In this document: positions 51,866 through 64,000 of the stretch, piece by piece | Layout: every line of letters begins with the position of its first letter | Position numbering within the stretch: position 1 is the first letter of the stretch | Assembly: GCF_009914755.1 (NCBI RefSeq) | Contig: NC_060929.1 | Source: the human T2T-CHM13v2.0 reference genome, Homo sapiens | Length of the DNA: 64,000 nt | Strand: one strand, 5' to 3' | Made by a program: the position numbers and the translations under genes | The notes under the pieces: model-generated | What the model saw: only the letters and a program-made list of their open reading frames with translations | Databases searched by the model: none | Told to the model about the DNA's origin: nothing

Positions 51866-53403
51866 TGTTCATAAGTGGGCTGAGTTTTCTTTCTCCAAAT
51901 GGAGAAGAGATTAACAACCAGAGAGTGTTGGAGACGTATAGATGGGGTGTCTTCTGGATAAATATTGGTTTAATTAACAGGAAATGAAAAGCCAAGGAAA
52001 GAAGCAAGAAAGGGAAGAAGAGATGTTTCTTTCTTAGCATTGACACAGACGTAAGGAGAAACCAGCCAAAACACTTTTACAATCTTTAAATCCACTAATT
52101 AAAAGATCTGTGTGGAAGGAGAAAATGTGGGTAATTACCAGGCATAATAGACTCTCTGAGAGACACTGACTGGGACTGAGACGGAACAGTCTTGGTACAA
52201 AATGTCTTTTCAGGGAATATACATAATAATGTCATATTACTGAAAGCTTCTGGTACTGTGCCTGTACCTAGAACCCAGACATGCAATGAATACAAGTGGG
52301 TGTTTGATCTCAAAATGTATATTTTTTTGCATAATGCACTTTTGGACTAGAGTTTATCTATTTTCTGCTCACCTGTGATGTCACTGAAAAAACACACCAG
52401 ATAAATCACATTTATACCATGATTCGATTAGTGTGTGGAACTGGTCTTCTTGTTCTTTAATCATAAGTGAATCTTCCATTCTTCCCTTCACAAAATGTGA
52501 TTGTGTTCTGAAGATTCATGGACCCAAGCATATTTTAGACCAGGGGATCACAGTCTAGACTTCAGCTAAAGCAATAAAGTGACGCTTTTTCTTCAAGGTC
52601 AGAACACCCAAGGATGAGTAAGCCTGCTGTACAATGGTTCTTTTCTGATACATCTGGCATGAAAATAGCTCCAAATGGTTGGACACTTAAAATCTGAAAG
52701 TATGTATAGTCACAGCAATGAAAGAATAAGGTTGTATATGCAATTTAAATAGATCTTAAAATATAGCCACGTCCATTTTTATCTCAGTGTTTTATAAACT
52801 CAAAGTTTAGCTAATGGAATATTCACTGTTTGTTCAAACGTTTCGATAATGCATTTGTTTAAAAAACACAATGAATTAGTATACTATTAGCCAGAAATGC
52901 AAATACATATTTGCTAGGAAGAAAATAATGTTCAGAAAAAAAAAGAATAGACTGACCTCATATTTATAATTGAATAGGAAGGATAGGTAATGATATCTTT
53001 TGCCAGTAGCTGGGATTTTATTTTGATGTTAAGCATAAAGTTTAGCCTACTACCACCAAGATAACATTAAATTTAAGTGGGAAAAACATTATGACAGTTA
53101 GAACGTTACATATTCTCTTGAGTTTTGGCCCATATGCATCATTTTTACTGTAAACATTGAGGTGATAATAACACTTCATTCAAATAGAAGTAAGCATCAA
53201 TATCCACCACCCCCACCCCCAGATAGTTCCCTATCCATGCCCTGTGTTTGAGGATTCTTCTTGGGCCAACTTTTCTGGCATTGCTTTTCCATTTCTATTC
53301 CTTTTTCAATTACTGTCTCCAAAATAAAGTATTTAGACAATGGTTGTAAGTCCTTGGCACCTATAATTTTATAATCCTTTAGAGATTCAAAATATAATTT
53401 CTT

Positions 53404-53953
<550 letters not shown>

Positions 53954-54737
53954 TCTTAAAACCTTGCAATTCACCTGGACTGGGAATTTGAATTATAATA
54001 TAACCTGGGAATAAACATTTTTGGTTTCAAACTATGAGAGGTAGGTCATAATATATCTTGTTTAATACAAACCATCAGGTTTCCTTCTTTTTACCCAAAT
54101 GTAACAAAACACTGCAATATTTTGTTTACTGTTCTTTGATTAAAATAGATATTAATTCAGCCAAGAGGTAGAGCTGAGAAATTGAAAAGTGACTCCAAGT
54201 GACTTCTATTCAGCAAAAGCTACCATAGATGGTCCAACATAAATCGCCCCACACATTCCTCTATTAAACTCTAAGCCCTTGAGTACAGTACCTTTTCATA
54301 TACATATGTCTCTGTAAACCCACTGCCTAACCCAGTGACCAGAACATGCAGGGCTCAATAAATGTTTGCCTGATGGCATGCCAATTCTAGTCTATGCAGG
54401 GAGAGCCCCTCTGAATGAAAAGCCAGAGTCACAGGCATCTGGGGGCTTTCCTGGATATGCTTGACAACCCAGTCCATCCAACTATCCCATAAGTTCCCAT
54501 CTGTTCAATTTTTTTTTAATTTATATTTTTTATTATACTTTAAGTTCTAGGGTACATGTGCACAACATGCAGGTTTGATACGTAGGTATACATGTGCCAT
54601 GGTGGTTTGCAGCACCCATTAACTCATTATTGACATTAGGTATTTCTCCTAATGCTATCGCTCCCCCAGCCCCTCCACCCCCACAACAGGCCCTGGTGTG
54701 TGATGTTCCCTGCCCTGTGTCCAAGTGATCTCATTGT

Positions 54738-58547
<3,810 letters not shown>

Positions 58548-58610
58548 TATGATGTTAGCTGGTTATTTTGTCCGTTAATTGATGCAGTTTCTTCATAGCA
58601 TCGATGGTCT

Positions 58611-59639
58611 TTACAATTTGGGATGTTTTTGCAGTGGCTGGTACCAGTTGTTTCCTTCCATGTTTAGTGCTTCCTTCCTTCAGGAGCTCTTGTAAGTCAG
58701 GCCTGTTGGTGACAAAATCTCTGAGCATTTGCTTGTCTGTAAAGGATTTTATTTCTCCTTCACTTGTGAAGGTAATTTTGGCTGGATATGAAATTCTGGG
58801 TTGAAAATTCTTTTCTTTAAGAATGTTGAATATCGGCCCCCACTCTCTTCTGGCTTGTAGGGTTTCTGCCGAGAGATCAGCTGTTAGTATGATGGGCTTC
58901 CCTTTGAGGGTAACCTGACCTTTCTCTCTGGCTGCACTTAACACTTTTTCCTTCATTTCAACCTTGGTGAATCTGAAAATTTTGTGTCTTGGGGTTGCTC
59001 TTCTCGAGGAGTATCTTTGTGGTGTTCACTGTATTTCCTGAATTTGAATGTTGGCTTTGCTTGCTAGGTTGGGGAAGTTCTCCTGGATAATGCCCTGAAG
59101 TGTGTTTTCCAACTTGGTTCCATTTTCCCCATCACTTTCAGGTCCACAATCAAACGTAGATTTGGTCTTTTCACATAGTCCCATATTTCTTGGAGGCTTT
59201 GTTGATTTCTTTTTACTCTTTTTTCTCTAAACTTCTCTTCTCACTTTATTTCATTAATTTGATCTTCAATCACTGATACCCTTTCTTCCACTTGATCAAG
59301 TTGGCTATTGAAGCTTGTGCATGCATCACGAAGTTCTCATGCCATGGTTTTCAGCTCCATCAGGTCATTTAAGGTCTTCTCTACACTGTTTATTCTAGTT
59401 AGCCATTCGCCTAATCTTTTTTCAATGTGTTTAACTTCCTTGTGATGGGTTCGAGCATCCTCCTTTAGCTCGGAGAAGTTTGTTATTACCAACCTTCTGA
59501 AGCCTACTTCTCTCAGCTCGTCAAAGTCATTCTCCATCCAGCTTTATTCCGTTGCTCACAAGGAGCTGCGATCCTTTGGAGGAGAAGAGGCGCTCCGATT
59601 TTTAGTATTTTCAGCTTTTCTGCTCTGGTTTTTCCCCAT
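58611..59639 (-). pseudogene. L1 ORF1p, disrupted
   Basis: Fragments 59337-59537 (MENDFDELREVGFRR) and 58555-58956 (ARREWGPIFNILKEKNFQPRISYPAK, frameshifted at the C-terminus). Confidence 0.93.
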
Positions 59640-59846
59640 CTTTGTGGTTTTATCTATCTTTGGTCTTTGATGTTGGTGACCTACACATGGGGTTTTGGTG
59701 TAGATGACCTTTTTGTTGATGTCGATGCTATTCCTTTCTGTTTGTTAGTTTTCCTTATAACAGTCAGGTTCCTCAGCTGCAGGTCTGTTGGAGTTTGCTG
59801 GAGTTCCACTCCAGACCCTGTTTGCCTGGGTAGCATCAGCAGAGGC

Positions 59847-59900
59847 TGCAGAACAGCAAATATTGCAGAACAGCAAATATTGCAGAACAGCAAATATTGC
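59847..59900. repeat. 17-bp tandem triplication in the L1 5' UTR
   Basis: TGCAGAACAGCAAATAT, three perfect copies. Confidence 0.97.
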
Positions 59901-61556
59901 TGCCTGATCCTTCCTCTGGAAGCTTCGTCCCAGAGGAGCAGCCACCTATATGAGGTTTCTGTCAACCCCTACTGGGAGGTGTCCTCCAGTTAGGCTACAT
60001 GGGGGTCAGGGACCCACTTGAGGAAGCAGTCTGTCTATTCTTAACGCTCAAACGCCATGCTGGGAGAGCCACTGCTCTCTTCAGAGCTGTCAGACAGGGA
60101 AGTTTATGTCTGCAGAAGTTGTCTGCTGCCTTTTGTTCACCTATGCCCTGCCCATACAGGTGTTGTCTGGAGGCAGTAGGCCTTGTTGAGCTAAGGTGGG
60201 CTCCACCCAGTTAGAGCTTCCCTGCTGCTTTGTTTACCTACTCAAGCCTCAGCTATGGCAGACACCCCTCCCCCAGCCAGGCTGCTGCCTTGCCGTTCAG
60301 TCTCAGATTGCTGTGCTAGCAGTGAGCAAGGCCCCATGGGCATGGGACCCACCAAGCCAGTCACGGGAGAGAATCACCTTGTCTGCCGGTTTCTAAGATC
60401 TTGGGAAAAGCGCAGTATTTAGGCAGGAGTGTCCCATTTTTCCAAGTAGTTTGTCACTGCTTCCCTTGGCTAGGAAAGGGAAATCCCCTGACCCCGTGTG
60501 CTTCCTGGGTGAGGCGATGCCATGCCCTGCTTTGGCTCACCCTCTGTGGGCTGCACCCACTCTCCAGCCAGTCCCAATGAGATGAACCAGGCACCTCAGT
60601 TGGAAATGCAGAAATCACCCATCTTCTCTGTAGATCATGCTGGGAGCTGCAGACCAGAGCTGTTCCTATTCAGTTATCTTGGAACGCCCCCAATCTGTTC
60701 AGTTTTTGAATTAAATTGAAAGGTAGACCCCATCTATACAATTTTTAAATGAGTCAGCATGGTGCATGACACGTGGTAGTAAGTGCTCAGGAAATGTTTT
60801 ATGAATATTATCTTACAAGTTAATTAAATACTTTAAAAGACAAAAGCAGTGCTTTACATGTGTTTCATATGATTTAGTTTTATGAAACTTCCAGGTAATA
60901 TTAAAATCCAAAGCATCCTGATTCTCTACATGTTCACGTTCTGTGATGAGGGGGATGGCGAGAAGCAAAGAATGCATTTTGTGTGTGTGCATGATATTAA
61001 TTCCATGAACTAAGTTTGAATTCTATTCAAATACTGAATAGGTAACATCCAGTTTAAGACTTTTATTTCTGTTTAGAAACACAATTAACTTATGGATCTA
61101 ATGGATAAGCTTGAGAATGTCCTCCCAACTCAGAGCCCTAAGGTGTTTATCTGCAAAGCAAAAATAACATTCATTGTGTGTTCCTTTGCAAAGTTTGTCT
61201 AAGATCAAGTGAGGTGATAATGTGATTGTAGTTTATGAACCACTTTGCAAAACATCATCATTATTTCCCTGTGAAGTTTTTTAATATGATTATTTGATGC
61301 ATAGGTGTGTATATAAAATATGTAACATGTATTTAAAAATAGATATTCCTGTCTGTTCCAGTTGGCTAGGAAATCGACTCGAGGTCTTGAACCATTTCAC
61401 AATCATGCTACTGAGGAAAAAAATTGAGAGAACTTGGTTTGGTGAGCCTGGCAAGAAAAAATGCTATGGTAACATTGTCATTAATTCCTCCTTTATGGAT
61501 AGACCTCCAAATAGTTGAAAGGAGGTAGCTTTTGAGGTACTCCAGCTTAAAAATCT

Positions 61557-61874
61557 TTTATTTATTTATTTATTTATTTATTTATTTGAGATGGACTCTC
61601 ACCCTGTCACCCAGGCTGGAGTGCAGTGGTGTGATCTGGGCTCACTGCAAGCTCCGCCTCCCAAATTCACAACATTCTCCCGCCTCAGCCCCCAGAGTAG
61701 CTGGGACTGCAGGCACCCTCCACCATGCCCAGCTAATTTTTTGATTTTGTATTTTCAGTAGAGATGGGGTTTCACCATGTTAGCCAGGATGGTCTCGATC
61801 TCCTGACCTCATGATCCACCCGCCTTGGCCTCCCAAGGTGCTGGAATTACAGGCGTGAGCTACTGCGCCCAGCC
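61557..61874 (-). mobile_element. AluY-like element with (TTTA)n tail
   Basis: GCAAGCTCCGCC and TTAGCCAGGATGGTCTCGATCTCCTGACCTCATGATCC. Confidence 0.92.
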
Positions 61875-62085
61875 TAGTTCATTTTTTAATCACATTCTAA
61901 ATTCTGTTATTCTTCAGGTGTTATCAATTTTACCTTTGAAATGCCTCCAGAATCTTTCTCATTCTGAAGATGAGTTTCCTTTCCAATTATAGTTTAGTTT
62001 ACTTATCTCTCCCAGGATATTGCAATTGCCTCTCTTTATTTTTAAGCTTCTAGCTTCCTGGTAGCAAATCCATTCCCATTGAACA

Positions 62086-62560
62086 TGTATTTGTTTCCTA
62101 CTACTGTAACAAATTACCAAAAATTTAGTGGCTTGAAACCACACAAATGTATTATCTTACAGTTCTGGAAGTCAGAAGTCCAAAATGGGTCTTCAGGGCT
62201 GTGTTCCTTCTGCAAACTGTAGGGGAGAATCCACTTCCTTGCCTTCTCCGGCATTCAGAGGCCACCTGCATTCCTGGGCTCATGGCCCCTTCCTCTACCT
62301 TCATAGCCAACAAGATAGCACCTCATCAAATCTCTTTCTCACCTTTTCTTTTGTTGTCACCTCTTCTCTGACTCTCCTGCCTCCTCCTTTCCCTTATAAA
62401 AACCTTTGTGATTACATTGAGCCCACCCAGAAATTATAGGATAATCCCCTCATTGTGAGATCATTAATTTAATCATACCTATGAAATTCCTTTGGCCATG
62501 TAAAGTAATATTCACAGGTTTGGAGATTGGAAAGTAGACCCCTTGGAGAGCCATCATTCA
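62086..62560 (-). mobile_element. MLT1D/E-like LTR
   Basis: TGTAACAAATTACCAAAAATTTAGTGGCTTGAAACCACACAAATGTATTATCTTACAGTTCTGG...GTGATTACATTGAGCCCACCCAG. Confidence 0.85.
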
Positions 62561-63128
62561 GAACTCAAGTGATGTCTTTTAGTAAGATGCAAATCTGGTC
62601 CTGCCATTTTCCTGCATGGAGCACTCATGACTTCCCAGGCCTCGGCAACAGCTTCAAATTTTTCTGATCTCAACCTACAATTAAAAATATATATTTTACA
62701 TCATTATCTAATTTACACACACACTCACACACATGAAAATCTTCACAAAATTTGGCACTTACTCTTATGTGTAATTCACTTTCATAATTTCTGTTATAGC
62801 CTATTAATTTGTAAAATGCTGTCCGTGACCCATTTCACAGAGTTTCTGGCCTGTTAGTGGGTTTCAAACCACAGTTTAAACATCATATAGGCTGTGTGTG
62901 CTTCATCCATGCAAACTACTTTTAGATCCCAAACAGGCTGTTTTCTTTCATGCCTCATGCACTTTAGGCTATTCTTGCCCTACAAAGCTTACATGCCATT
63001 TCTGCTGACAGGCTCAACACAAAACATTACTTTCTTTAGAAAGACTCCATTGATTTCCTCCAGGCACCTGCACACCTACGTCTTGCCAGCCTCCCGTATT
63101 GTCTCTGTTATAGCACTTGCCAGGTAGT

Positions 63129-63285
63129 CTCTCATTCTCCTTTCTCTCTCTCTCTTTCTTTTTCTTTCTTTCTCTCTCTCCTGCACACACACATCCTTCT
63201 CTTTCTCCTCCTCTTCCATCTCCTTCTTCTGCCTTCCTCCTTCCTTTCCTGTTTTCCTCCCTTTCTCCTTTTCTTTTTATTTCAT
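63129..63285. repeat. CT-rich low-complexity polypyrimidine tract
   Basis: About 150 bp that is almost entirely C/T. Confidence 0.9.
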
Positions 63286-63753
63286 TCTAAAAGAAAGATA
63301 ATAAGAGATACAATAGCCTTTGTAGAAAAATTTGAAAATACAGAAGAATAAACAGAAAGCTAAACCTACCTCTAAACAAACCCTCCAGAGAGAACTAATA
63401 ATATTTACACATTTTCAGTTAATCTTTTTGATATCTAAATCTACACACTTTACTGAACAGAAATAGGTTCATGCTGTAAAATTTTGGAACCTGTTGGGAT
63501 GGACTTGACGTTAACCTGGATAGTGAGTATAAGTTATAACCAGCAATTTTTGACGGAAAAATACAAGGCAACCTATATATTGGTTTAATGAATATTCAGG
63601 ATATATAGTAATTAAAGATGACTTCCATGAAAAGAAATGTAAATAACGTTTAATAAAATAAGTAAGGAATTCTTCCAAAATTATATGTGGCAACCAAAAT
63701 TATATTTGGCAGCCAAATTTGGACTCTCCTGATGAATAAGATCTTGTTTATTC

Positions 63754-64000
<247 letters not shown>

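Noticed and set aside
52360-52680. Possible minus-strand exon (CAG|GTGAGC donor near 52370)
   Set aside because: Only an isolated donor-like site; I found no clear acceptor or coding frame.

Overview
Non-coding, AT-rich, repeat-rich primate genomic DNA. It is probably hominoid (human- or gibbon-like), judging from the Alu and L1PA subfamilies. I found no recognisable host protein-coding exon, RNA gene, CpG island or CRISPR array. The provided ORFs with recognisable homology are all broken L1 ORF1/ORF2 pieces or Alu/LTR read-through. The window holds a full-length inactive L1PA (54509-60691, minus strand), a twin-primed inverted L1PA, eight Alus, several MaLR solo LTRs (THE1, MLT1), Tigger/Charlie DNA-transposon relics (MER2, MER44, MER5), and many old L1M/L2/MIR fragments. 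The signals that repeat annotation does not explain are local copy events: (i) a ~310-bp inverted duplication of apparently unique DNA (1793-2100 / 5221-5530) that keeps an exon-like block and a 33-codon ORF in both copies; (ii) a perfect 41-bp-stem palindrome with template-switch scars (12817-12964); (iii) direct duplications at 24484/26308, 46885/48369 and 43526/44879; (iv) an ~820-bp foreign segment at the centre of a four-level transposon nest; and (v) a 74-bp internal L1 RT fragment patched between triplicated target motifs. Subfamily names come from recalled consensus features rather than a database search, and the boundaries of old repeats are approximate.
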